The position numbers and the translations under genes were made by a program. Under the pieces are notes generated by a model, which was not told where the DNA came from, made no database searches, and saw only the letters and a list, made by a program, of their open reading frames with translations. A DNA stretch of 63,652 bases, filler included, from Octopus bimaculoides (Eukaryota): the NCBI RefSeq assembly GCF_001194135.2. It is 7 parts of 7 records of this genome, joined end to end, with 100 filler letters (N's around TTAATTAATTAA, not from the genome) between each part and the next. Parts side by side here need not be neighbours in the genome. Positions count along the whole stretch, not along the records: positions 18,089 to 33,118 come from NC_068986.1; positions 33,219 to 44,749 come from NC_069007.1; 5 more parts are not named here. One strand, 5' to 3'. Below, in pieces: positions 25,000-36,712 of this stretch. Every line of letters begins with the position of its first letter. The stretch's first letter is position 1.

Positions 25000-25300
25000 A
25001 AATACAAGCAGTTTCAAATAACTGGCTTGGTAAATTGGCACTCTGTTATTTACAGCGATGAGTGTTCCTGTTGATCTGATCAACAAAACAGCCTGCTTGT
25101 GAAATTAATGTGCAAGTGGCTAAGCACTCTACAGACGCATGTACCTTTAATGTAATTCTCAGGGAGATCCAGTGTGACACAGAATGTGACAAAGCTGGCC
25201 CTTTGAAATAGAGGTACTACTCATTTTTGCCAGCTGAATGGACTGGAGCAATGTGAAATAAAGAAATGACATTCCTTGTGACACAATGCCAAGGTAAGGA
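25000..25300 (-). mobile_element. Old SINE-like fragment with CORE-like body
   Basis: Minus strand has ttgctccagtccattcagctggcaaaaatgagta, resembling 38050-38385 and CORE-type SINE bodies. Confidence 0.45.
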
Positions 25301-25344
25301 CACACAAACATACACACACACACACACATACATATATATGTTCC

Positions 25345-26530
25345 ATGGACTGTGCATCTGGTCTCTCCTCCCGCACCTGCCTCGCCATCACCCGTTTCCC
25401 CTCACCTACCACTCCACCTCTCCAACACACCATTCCCTGAGCCTTCTGGCAATTCCAGTCCAACCCCTCCACTTTGCACATCTTCCCTAACCAACTTCAA
25501 ATGAGCCCCCAACCTACGAGACCTCTTGGTCCACAGCTTCTTCCCTAACCCAACCTCCCAACCTGGCTCATTCCCCTGATTCCGCCCATACTGCTGCATT
25601 TGCCCTTACCTCTCCAACACCACCCTCCTCACAGGCACCCATTATCGAACCAATCATATCACCGACTCCTTTACCTGCACTTCTAGCAACATCATCTACT
25701 GCATCTCCTGCTCTTTCTGCCCTTCTCTATACATCAGTCAAACAGGACACCGCTTGGCTGACCAGTTCGTGGAACATCTCTGAGATATCTGAGACACCGC
25801 GGAACACCTCAGCAACGACAGCCTGGTCTTGCGCCATTTCCACTTTACTGGTCACTCTTTACAACACCTGTCTGTGTTTGGATTGTCCTTGCACAGGGGC
25901 CATCCGGACTCCTGTCTTTGCTGTGAGCAGGGATTAATCTTCTCTTTGCTTCTTTGTGTCACATGAGCTCAACTATCCTCCCCTCTTCATACCTACTTCC
26001 TCCCACCCACCTCTCCTCTCTTCACTCCTACCCATCTTCTCCCTTCATTGTCACCCCACCTCACCCTTGCTTCCCCCACACTCCAACATCACCACACCAC
26101 CCTGCACTGACCACTTCCCAGCACCTACATCGTCATCCACACACCTACACATGCACATGTCAATGTCACCGGACCCTCCACATGCACATACATTCTGTCA
26201 CATGCACATTAGTTTTGGGATCACCACTACTTTATTATCTCCCCTTCTTCCTAGCTCTCTTGTGTGATCCCTCTGTCCAGCATCTGCCATGATAGATCAC
26301 TAGTCACTACACCTTTTTCNNNNNNNNNNGTGTGATCCCTCTGTCCAGCATCTGCCATGATAGATCACTAGTCACTACACCTTTTTCTATTTTCTCTCCC
26401 TGTTTATTTCTGTGTTCCTTTCTGACGAAGAGCGTAGGCTTGAAACATAAAAGACTTTCTTCCTGAGCGTTAAACTAATACATTTGTTTGTTGTTTACAC
26501 ACCTGTCTTCGTCTTTTGTAAATTCTCACC
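25345..26530 (+). mobile_element. Decayed Neptune-like Penelope element 3' end (GIY-YIG plus terminal repeat)
   Basis: PLTYH..PNLRDLLVH, PGSFP*..C.ICPY, FTCTSSNIIYCISCSFCPSLYISQTGHRLADQFVEHL (25670-25790; CxxC lies between the GIY and YIG motifs), RHF...GH, EQGLIF. Followed by a pyrimidine-rich region and a terminal repeat ending at (TA)n. Confidence 0.85.
26418..26453 (+). ncRNA. Minimal type I hammerhead ribozyme motif with an extra A after A9
   Basis: CTTT-CTGACGA-A-GAGC GTAG GCTT-GAAA-CAT-A-AAAG. The core is intact; the two departures from the family consensus are at inferred CpG sites. Confidence 0.65.
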
Positions 26531-26559
26531 ATATATATATATATATATATAATACAAAT

Positions 26560-26742
26560 AATATGAGTAAATGCATGTATACGTACATGTATGTACATAC
26601 CTACATCTACATGTATATGTAGATGCATATCTGGGTACAGGACATCACAAAAAAAGGTGGACAAAATGAAAAACAGAACATAAACAGAGCACAGAAAACA
26701 AACAAGCCACATAGAGAATATTTCCTTCATTGGCTGCCACTA
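26560..26742 (-). mobile_element. PLE-type repeat fragment, inverted relative to the adjacent element
   Basis: Homologous to 57750-57900 and shares gatgtcctgtac and tgaagg..ttc motifs with 21130-21255. Confidence 0.55.
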
Positions 26743-26760
26743 TATATATATATATAGATA

Positions 26761-27155
26761 GGCACAGGCATGGCTGTGTGGTAAGAAGTTTGCTTCACTA
26801 CCGCATGGTTGCAGGTTCAGATCCACGGTGGGAATTGTCTTCTACTACAGACTGGGTTGAGCAAAGCCTTTTGAGTGGATTTGGTAGACAGAAACTGAAA
26901 GAAGCCTAGAGTATATATATTGACACATACACACGTATATATGCCTATGCACGTTTTTGTGTCTGTCTCCACCACTGCTCGACAACCAGTGTTCCTTTGT
27001 TTACGTTCCCAAAACTTAGTGGTTGGTAAAAGAGATCAAGAGAGTGAATAGCAGGCTTAAAAAAAATTAGTGCTGCTGTTGATTTGTCTGGTTAAAACCC
27101 TTCAAGTCAGAGCCTCTGCATAGCCACAGTCCAATGACTGAGACAAGTAATAGAA
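26761..27155 (+). mobile_element. SINE family A (diverged)
   Basis: ggcatggctgtgtggtaag head, ggttcagatcc B box, and tail cacagtccaatgactgagacaagtaa. Confidence 0.8.
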
Positions 27156-27624
27156 GATATAAAGATATGTGTGTGCACATGTATAAATATATACATACAC
27201 ATAATGGGTTTCTTTCAGTTTCTGGCTATTAAATCTACTCTCAAGGTTTTAGTTGGTTTGACGCTTTATTAACATATACATACCTAAGGTACTCTATAGT
27301 GAGACTACACTTATGAAAATTTGTTTTCTGATATAAGAGCTGTAAGATTTTGTCTTAACATGTTTTTGCAAATGGCTATAATATACTTCAGTAATAATTA
27401 CAGGGAGATTGTGCATATATATGTTTATTTGGTACTTTTAAAACAGCATGATGCAAATGAAATTGTCAATACCTTGAAAAAACAGAGTAGTCAGTGGAAA
27501 AGTATTTAAACATTAAAATATATTGGCTACTGGAACTGAGAATGTCACTGCTATTGTAACTTCAGTTTTGATGTATATGTGTCAGTCTTTGAACTGACAA
27601 TATTCTATATACTTGTGTTGAATG

Positions 27625-28279
27625 CAGTGGTGGCTCATAGATAAAATTAGTTGGGGTGCTGCTACAGAAAATTTTTAGCTATTGTTTTAATATTGTGTAA
27701 AAGGTAACAGACATATACATAAACTTAATTGGTTCATGTTTTAGCCACTGCTGGATAGTGTGTTTAATTTGTTCACTGAACACTGCCATAAATTTCCCCT
27801 AAACCACAAAATAAGGGGGGAAAATCTGCCCTATTTTTCAAATCCTGGCAGCAACACTGAAACTGGAAGCAGGATAATAATCTAATTCTACACTTTATCA
27901 CATTCAAGAATATAAACATGTTTTTAAGTACAACACATGCAGAGTTAAAAAGAAACACTATCTTTCATCAGCACTGCATGAACAACAGTGCTGTCTCTCC
28001 CTAGCATGAAGCTTCCTATCTTGGACCTGTGAGCATGCGCACAACAGCCAAATACTGTGTTGCTGGAACTGTGAAGCGCACAGTTCTATACAAAGATTTT
28101 TGTATTTTTTTCATAAACTAGGAGATAGTTGCTGACATTAAGCTTAAAGATTATATAATGTACAAGTATAAAGAAAGAATTAAAGAAAAAAAGGACTCAT
28201 TATATTGAATGCTATTGATAATATGGAGTAGAAATAGGGGGTGGGCAGCTCTGCAGTGCCTATATACGAGCCGCTACTG
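27625..28279. mobile_element. hAT-superfamily non-autonomous element (MITE)
   Basis: TIRs CAGTGGTGGCTCATAGATA and (reverse complement) CAGTAGCGGCTCGTATATA. Perfect 8-bp target-site duplication GTTGAATG at 27617-27624 and 28280-28287. Confidence 0.92.
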
Positions 28280-30461
28280 GTTGAATGTCTCTTTAGAAAC
28301 TTAGAATTTTGAGCAGTAGAAATTAAACTTTCTTCATTAGTTAGAAAAATGGCTTATAGCCAATTATATATTGTTAGTAATGATACGGATTTTAAACATT
28401 TGTGCAAATAGACAGTTATGAATTGAATGTACTATGTATAATATAATTTTGAATCAGGAGCTTGAATAACAAACTCACTTTAAAATTATGAATACGAGAG
28501 ATAAATACTTTACTGCTCAGCTATTATATGAAATATATTATAATTTTTACTTTTACATCAAATTTTAAAGCATGTTCAAGAAGTTAAACTTTTTTAATCA
28601 AACACAATGGTTAAACTAAGATATTTGAAAATCCTTCCCATTTGTCCTAGTCTGCTAACAAGCAGACTAGATCCTCTTAATCCTATTTCTTATATTGAAT
28701 TTTTGGATCCTAAACCTAATTTGGTTTCAAACTTGAGAGAAAAGTAACAGAAACGATGCTTATGAAGATGACGACAGTTATTGAAAGGAAAATATTAGGA
28801 AAAAATCTCGAAATACTCGTTTTCCTTTGCAAAGAGCTCAGACAACGATTACTAGGGAAATATAACCTACTGAAGAACATTATGGGTTTGTTTGTAGAAA
28901 AGGTTTGAAACATGTAAGGAATTCAATTATTTAAATAATAATAATGTATCAAGTATCTAATTAAAATATAATAACATTAATTTGTTTAAATACTAACTTA
29001 TACTGAAAAATTTTGGATAGAAAATTTTAAGATGTTAATGGTGAAAATTCCTTTAGAGACTAGAGATATGGCAGTACTTGTTCCTAATCTCTTAATATTA
29101 CCTAATTCAAATGTTAAAGTAGGAAGATTATTCAGTAGCTTGTAAGTTGTCAAAATAAAATAAGGAAATACAATTTAAAAGCTTTTCGAGCTGTTTTCTC
29201 TAAAATGATATAAATACTGCGAAAATTGTGGTTTCCTTAAAGCAATACTAGATAAAATTCACAAAGTGGACAGATATCTAACTCACAAGCAAAATACCAG
29301 TACTAGAAATCCTAAAGGATTTAATTGCTTAGACTATTGCTGATCCAAATATAGAAGCAAAGACTTAGCAACATTTCTTTTTAAATAAAAGTAATTTTTC
29401 TCATATTTAGCGTCTTTTAGCATTTTTTGTAGAAGTAAGGGTTCATTTGACAACACAGCAGGTCGTGATTTGAGGAAATTGTGGCTGCTGTTATCTTTGG
29501 CCTTTTCTGAAGTTGAAAGACAATGTTATCCTTCGTACAATTTGGATATAATCCTTACAAGTTAGCCTACTATTTAGCAAGAACAAATGCTACATTCTAT
29601 AGCATAACTGAGAGAAGAAACTAGCTATAGATCATTAACCAAATGAGATAAAGGTCGATTGATTCACCAAGTTCAAACAACTATATCTTTGAATATGTAA
29701 CACAAACATAAAGTAGCATGTAGAGGAATCTACATATTTAAATCTGTTTAAGATTTTCGTTGATAAATAAAAGTTCCTTTTTAAATTTTCTCATTTTCGA
29801 TTTAAGAACTAGTAAATAAAATAAAGAATGATCACTTTACCAGGTTCAAACAAGAACAATATCTAAGTATTTAACTCAAACATAAAGTAGCTTGTGACCA
29901 TTAAGGCTGTATATATGTATGCATCATCGCTATTAAACATATTTCTTAATTCATTCTTAAATGTATTTCTCTTAGGCGTGGTTTCCAAAACTGCAATTTT
30001 ACTGGTCAAGGCTACTGGCATGTAATGTGAGATAGTAATGACTCATAATAATACTTGATGGAAGAGAGAGCTTATATGATTGCTCAGCTGGTAACAAATA
30101 ATAGCCACGTCTCCTTCAATCACTCCTATCGCTTAAAAGGGGTGGAGGAATGCGTTTTTTAGTGGTCTGGATTCCATATACGTAAGAAAAAGACGAGGTA
30201 GTCATGGCTAAAAATGCTTTTGATGTTTCTAGCTCGATTAAGGCCGACCTGGGGCTGAACGAAACAACTACTTTATTTTGCGAAGCACTCGACCAGTTAG
30301 AAATAGTAGTAAAATCTCCTTCAATCTTATACCCTTCTGTTTTGATAAATAATGGTAACATCAGATAATATTGCCCAAGATATACAATGTCCGAGAAAAT
30401 GATGACAAGGTTATGGCTGGAATGTCTTTAATTATATCTTCTACTTCAGTCTAAAAAACTA

Positions 30462-30666
30462 CAGTAATCCTTCGACTATCGCGGGGTTTATGTTCCAAAA
30501 CCCACCGGCGATAAGTAAAAATCTGCGAAGTAGAAACAGTACTATACTGTATATTTATTATTAATATTATTTTATAATTTGTATATATTTATTTTATTAT
30601 AATGCAAAACAGCACCACGGAGGAATCGATGTAAGCGTTAAACCGCGATAAAGCAAGGGATTACTG
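30462..30666. mobile_element. pogo/Tigger-like MITE
   Basis: TA|CAGTAATCCTTCGACTATCGCGG at the left end; the right end reverse complement is TA|CAGTAATCCCTTGCTTTATCGCGG. TA duplication. Confidence 0.85.
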
Positions 30667-30789
30667 TACTTTAATTTATTTTCCCTATTCATTGGGAAGT
30701 GACGCTGTAAATATGTATCTTATCTATAATCTACTATAATTGTGAAACTGGTTGGTTGTAAAATGACCGTGTCTCAGGATCGGTTAGGT

Positions 30790-31270
30790 CTGATCTTTCA
30801 TAGGAAAATGTGAATGTCCATGACTGTTGGATGGCTATTTGGCCATCGATAGTTTGAAAAGATTTGTAATATATTTTTCCATATGTTGAGAGGTTGTGGT
30901 GGTGGGTATGTTTTAAGTCTACAAGGCTTAGCTGTAGTTAAACAAGAGGTAAAACGAATATCATGTTTATGATAGCATGTGAACCCAACAAGAGCGATAC
31001 CAGAATACCCAACAGTCGAAGGACGCTGTTTCAACGGCTTTTGCAACTATCTCCAAAGTACAGCTTCGTAAAACAACACAGGTGATGGCACCGCATCATT
31101 TTGTACCACGAAAATGATGGCGTTCATACCTTCTCGATGTGTGACAGTGTCAGTGTCAATGAAAGTGAAGATACTAAAGCCATTACATGTGTTTGATATT
31201 ATTATTTGTTCCTCTCGTATTCTCACTACTTTTCGGTTGGGGGTGACAAGACTTTCGGACCACCCTATAT
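30790..31270 (+). mobile_element. Heavily decayed Tc1/mariner-like 3' end
   Basis: Ends in aagactttcggaccaccctata, which resembles a Tc1/mariner TIR. Upstream coding similarity is weak. Confidence 0.35.
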
Positions 31271-32074
31271 GGAGATGGCACCAAAACTTCAAAGTGACAG
31301 AAAGAATTAAAATAAAATATAAAACCATTACTATTATTTTCGAGATGAAACGAAAGGGGATAAAAGGAAATGTTCAATGTATTTGTAAACACTCTTTTCA
31401 GAGTGAATGCAAATAAACAGCAGTTTACGCGTAAATAATGTGTGCGTGTGTATACAGGTAGGGTTAATTATAAGCATGGAGGTGCGTGTTTTTATCAATA
31501 GTTGGAAGCATAAAATACACAATGTTTAGTTGAATATATATGAAGATAACTGGACATCATTTTTAACGAAAGTACATTTTATAGACTGTATTGGTTTTAA
31601 TAGACCTGCTTTCCCAATCTCAGAATATTACATTTTATCATGAAAACAAGAATTTTTCAAAGAGTTACTTTCGTATTCAAGCGTTTCTCTGCAAGTGTTC
31701 CTTGTGGTTAGTTAAGCATTTGATGTATATTAGCATAACAAAACATTCATGTTAGGTAATAAAATGTACAATTTCGAATGAAACTTATTTTCAGCATAAC
31801 ACCTAATTTGCTTTAACAGCAAGTTAGGTGTTTTACCTCATAGCTGTTGCTAAAACTACACGAGACTCCATACTAAGATATTCATAAAAATATTATCACG
31901 ATTATTACTTAGACATCGTGACTTCATGGTTAACTAAAGGCTTATCGGCGATCTTTAGTATAAGTGAAGTTTATTAATTTTGACTAATATAGAGATTGGT
32001 TCACATGTCCAGTTCGTCCGAATCGAATCTTCAGCTCTGAAATACGAAAATTAGAATTATTTCTGTTAGCCTTA

Positions 32075-32100
32075 TGACGTCAGCTAACTCGCAAAATGGC
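32075..32100 (+). promoter_or_regulatory. CRE palindrome (TGACGTCA) and YY1-like motif (CAAAATGGC) at the GPATCH3 start
   Basis: Perfect TGACGTCA at 32075-32082 and CAAAATGGC at 32092-32100, overlapping the ATG. Function is inferred only from the motifs. Confidence 0.4.
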
Positions 32101-32264
32101 TGTTATACATGCGGTGGTTGGAAACATCCCTGCAAAATATCACTCGAAAGACTTACGTAACTTTTTTTCCTCTTTAGTTGAAACAGATGGCTTTGACTGT
32201 TTTCATTATCGTCATCGTCCTGAAGTGAAGAGACCATCGCAGAAACAATTGCCTAACAATCATG
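32096..32264 (+). CDS. GPATCH3: First coding exon of G-patch domain-containing protein 3
   Basis: MAVIHAVVGNIPAKYHSKDLRNFFSSLVETDGFDCFHYRHRPEVKRPSQKQLPNNH matches the conserved GPATCH3 N-terminus (vertebrate ..VVSGIPS.LRS..LRSYFSQF.E..GGGF.CFHYRHRPE, from memory). Likely donor G|GTTAGA at 32264/32265. It is under 60 aa, so it is absent from the ORF track. Downstream exons were not found. Confidence 0.85.
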
Positions 32265-33218
32265 GTTAGATGTAAACATGTTTATGTTTTAAATTTTACA
32301 TTGTATTTTATTATTTATGAAAGCACTTATTTAATTTTTTAGAATATTATTTTTACATGACTCCCTCTTTATTAATCTCTCTCTTTCGTTCTCTCTCACC
32401 TTTTCAAGTAATTTTCCCCAAAACAAATCCAGGTCTTTAGAGATAATTACATTCATCTTTTATGATTATTTCAGTTTTAAAGTAATTGATATAACCATAT
32501 GTTAGCTCTTATAGAAAACATCAGTTATGTTTATAAAGAAGCTAAAAAATACTCTCAGAGAAAACATTAATTTTGCTCAAGTCTACAGTACACTTTTCAC
32601 CAGAGGACTTCTAATTAGGGTAGATTTTGACAACTTCAGTTTTAATAGTAAGAGTTACTGTTCTTGTGTTTACACTTCTCTCACCTAGTCATTTAAAAAT
32701 GTTTTGCGTTGATTTAAGAATGCTAAACATCTAATGAACTTTTAGATGTCTCTAGTTATGTAATCGTCCCATACTTTTATGGAGCTCAAATACTAATTAG
32801 CTGAAAAAATAAAACAAAACAAAAACATATATCAAAATCGTATTTCCCTTATATAACACCCTACTGTTTTAGAAAGGACGTATTGTTGGTGCACTTCACG
32901 TGAGAATAAAATTGCGGCAGGGCCATGAAAATACCTTATGATTTTAGGTTTGCACAATTGGGACTAACTTGGTGACAACAGTACCGTATTGGTACTTGCG
33001 AGGAAGCTTGTACATGCCAACATTGTTTTTCATTACCACGAGATAGCTGAAATGTCGAATACGGACTCTCTCCCCCTCTCTCCTCCCCCTCTTTCTCCCC
33101 CTCTCCCTCTTTCTCCCCNNNNNNNNNNNNNNNNNNNNNNNNNNNNNNNNNNNNNNNNNNNNTTAATTAATTAANNNNNNNNNNNNNNNNNNNNNNNNNN
33201 NNNNNNNNNNNNNNNNNN

Positions 33219-33300
<82 letters not shown>

Positions 33301-33329
33301 TGATGATGATGATGGTAATAATAATAATG

Positions 33330-33369
<40 letters not shown>

Positions 33370-33430
33370 TAATAATAATAATAATAATAATAATGATGAT
33401 GATGATGATGATGATGATGGTGGTGATAAC
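33219..33430. repeat. (AAT)n/(GAT)n compound microsatellite
   Basis: Read directly from the sequence. Confidence 0.97.
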
Positions 33431-35614
33431 TGTTGGTAGCCGTTAAGAGTTTTTCTTGTATTTATATAGGATTAATGGTAATGAATGGTGAATAGTTATA
33501 ATCAAATTATGGTTATAATAATTGATTGATAGAAGAGATAATGAGACTAATGATAACGGTGATAAAAACAATGATGATGGATAATAACAGTAATATTAAT
33601 AAGGATCATTAATAACCTTAATCACGAAGAATAAATGGAGAGAAAAACTTACTGTTACCAAATTGGTAAGAAGACTTCGGTGAACAGCGGGCAGAAGAGA
33701 AAGTAAAAATAGACTTCTAGCAATGAAACATACATATACACGTACACACAAGAACACACATAGACACAGACACACATACACTTGCACACACACATACACA
33801 CACACATACCTACGCACGCGCGCACGCAAGCCAACTCAGCTGTTGTAGCTGATGGTGGTGGGAGGAGTAGGGGTAGGGGGGACGGGCGTAGCAGCGATAT
33901 TGAAGTGATGATGTTCGTGGTGGTGGCGATGAGGGTGGTGGTGGCGGTGGNNNNNNNNNNNNNNNNNNNNNNNNNNNNNNNNNNNNNNNNNNNNNNNNNN
34001 NNNNNNNNNNNNNNNNNNNNNNNNNNNNNNNNNNNNNNNNNNNNNNNNNNNNNNNNNNNNNNNNNNNNNNNNNNNNNNNNNNNNNNNNNNNNNNNNNNNN
34101 NNNNNNNNNNNNNNNNNNNNNNNNNNNNNNNNNNNNNNNNNNNNNNNNNNNNNNNNNNNNNNNNNNNNNNNNNNNNNNNNNNNNNNNNNNNNNNNNNNNN
34201 NNNNNNNNNNNNNNNNNNNNNNNNNNNNNNNNNNNNNNNNNNNNNNNNNNNNNNNNNNNNNNNNNNNNNNNNNNNNNNNNNNNNNNNNNNNNNNNNNNNN
34301 NNNNNNNNNNNNNNNNNNNNNNNNNNNNNNNNNNNNNNNNNNNNNNNNNNNNNNNNNNNNNNNNNNNNNNNNNNNNNNNNNNNNNNNNNNNNNNNNNNNN
34401 NNNNNNNNNNNNNNNNNNNNNNNNNNNNNNNNNNNNNNNNNNNNNNNNNNNNNNNNNNNNNNNNNNNNNNNNNNNNNNNNNNNNNNNNNNNNNNNNNNNN
34501 NNNNNNNNNNNNNNNNNNNNNNNNNNNNNNNNNNNNNNNNNNNNNNNNNNNNNNNNNNNNNNNNNNNNNNNNNNNNNNNNNNNNNNNNNNNNNNNNNNNN
34601 NNNNNNNNNNNNNNNNNNNNNNNNNNNNNNNNNNNNNNNNNNNNNNNNNNNNNNNNNNNNNNNNNNNNNNNNNNNNNNNNNNNNNNNNNNNNNNNNNNNN
34701 NNNNNNNNNNNNNNNNNNNNNNNNNNNNNNNNNNNNNNNNNNNNNNNNNNNNNNNNNNNNNNNNNNNNNNNNNNNNNNNNNNNNNNNNNNNNNNNNNNNN
34801 NNNNNNNNNNNNNNNNNNNNNNNNNNNNNNNNNNNNNNNNNNNNNNNNNNNNNNNNNNNNNNNNNNNNNNNNNNNNNNNNNNNNNNNNTATATATGTATA
34901 TATATAGTTTTAGGGAAAATAACCAATTTTCAAGAACTCATCGATGAAAATCCACTATCACATATATATTATATATACTTTATCTATAAGGCTCAATTTA
35001 ATTTTAATTTTTTATAAATTGATTTTAATTGAGTTTTTTACCTGTAATTTTGGATTTTGTCCCTAATATTATTATTATATATGTATATATGTATATATAT
35101 ATATAGATATGTATGTCTGTGTATTTTGCAACATTCTGCTAAGATATATATATATATACATATATATATATAAGCAGAATGTTGCAAAATGACCGAGAGT
35201 TTTGTCTAAGGCATTTATGAAACTAATCAATTCCATGGCATGCACGAAACTCACAGTTCTCGAGTAACTTTCTGCTGATTAAAAATAACATACACGTGTG
35301 TGAGTGTGTGAGTTTGTATATATCTATGTATATATATATATAGTAATGAGAAAATGGAGGAGAATATGCAGTATCCATCGACTTGCAGACAATGTATTCT
35401 GTCGATTAATCTGTTTATTTTATAACTAAAATGACCAAAACCACAATATACAGATGCTTATGACATACCATGTCATATTAACAATTAAGGTTACAAATAT
35501 AAAGTACATTTAGCAATTGGAGAATGTACAGAAACTTACAGCTGTTTCGGCCAGCAGTATATTGGATAGATACTATCCCTTAGTGGGTTGAATCCTCAAC
35601 CCCTAACTCTCTTG

Positions 35615-35744
35615 CATTATATATATATATATGTATATATATATGTATGTATTTACATCTACTTACCAACCAACCTACCTACCTACCTACCTACCTACCT
35701 ACCTATCTATCTGTCTGTCTATCTATCTATCTATCTATCTATCT

Positions 35745-35786
<42 letters not shown>

Positions 35787-35810
35787 TGTATGCATGTATG
35801 TATGTATACT
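35615..35810. repeat. Compound tetranucleotide tract (TACC/TATC/TGTC/TATG)
   Basis: Read directly from the sequence. Confidence 0.95.
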
Positions 35811-36412
35811 GCATCTGCTACTATTTCAGTAACCGTTAGCATCACTGGAAGTTGGATATCAGCGAACAGTCTTGAGATAGCAAAAAAAAAAATTGTTCTG
35901 AAGTTTGGGGAAAAAGAGAGGAAGGGTTAGAGGAAGAAAGAACGAGAGAAAGACAGAGACAGAGAGAGGAAGAGAGACAGACAGACGTGAGGAGAGAGAA
36001 AGTGAAAAAGAAAGAAATGCAGAATATACGTCAAGAGTATGAAAACGAGGGAGTAGGGGAAGAGCGAGGGAGGGAGAGAAGGGGTGAAGGGTAGAGGGTA
36101 GGAGATAGAGACGGGGAAGAGCGAACGAAAGAGATGGTGAGAGTTAAAGACAGGGGAGGAGGAAATTAAGCGAAAGAGAGGGAGAGAGAAAGTGAGACAG
36201 AGAGGAGGGGGAGCGGGAAGAGAAATAGAGGAAAGGTAGAAAGAAAATAGCTGAGATAGTTTATTGTTTGGGTAAATGTACGGAAGGATGGAAGGATAAA
36301 AAAGACGTAGAAAGATAGAGATAAAGTAATGCTTGTGTGACAGTTAAATTTAGAGGGAAAGTTTGGGCGGAATAGATAGATAGGTAGAGAGGAAGAGAGG
36401 GGGGTCTTTAAG

Positions 36413-36458
<46 letters not shown>

Positions 36459-36496
36459 CAGCTAGCTAACTAGACAGACAGACCGACGAACTGACC

Positions 36497-36530
<34 letters not shown>

Positions 36531-36584
36531 CAGACAGATAGATAGAGAGATAGATGGATGGATAGTGATGAGAGATATAGAATA

Positions 36585-36712
36585 CTCTTTTCTACTCAAG
36601 GCGCAAGGGCTGAAATTTTGGAGGAGGGGGCCAGTCGATTAGATCGACCCCAGTACGTAGCTGGCACTTAATTTATCGAACACGAAAGGATGAAAAGCAA
36701 AATCGATCTCAA
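36585..36712 (-). mobile_element. SINE family B, 3' part
   Basis: ctttctactcaaggcgcaaggg tail and cgaccccagtacgtagctggcacttaatttatcga body. Confidence 0.7.

Noticed and set aside
25577-25579. TGA at an expected Cys in the PLE linker (selenocysteine recoding, as in some Naiads?)
   Set aside because: It is a single site in a copy with other stops and frameshifts, the element is not Naiad-like in domain order, and no SECIS was seen. Decay is the simpler explanation.
28560-29900. Possible transposase or host exon relic in AT-rich unique DNA
   Set aside because: All frames are broken by stops and I recognise no motif.
35531-35562. Minus-strand GGCC-GAAA-CAGCTG-TA-AG, a hammerhead-like 3' half that also reads as a GTAAGT splice donor
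   Set aside because: There is no CUGANGA or helix II partner upstream and no convincing acceptor, so neither reading is supported.
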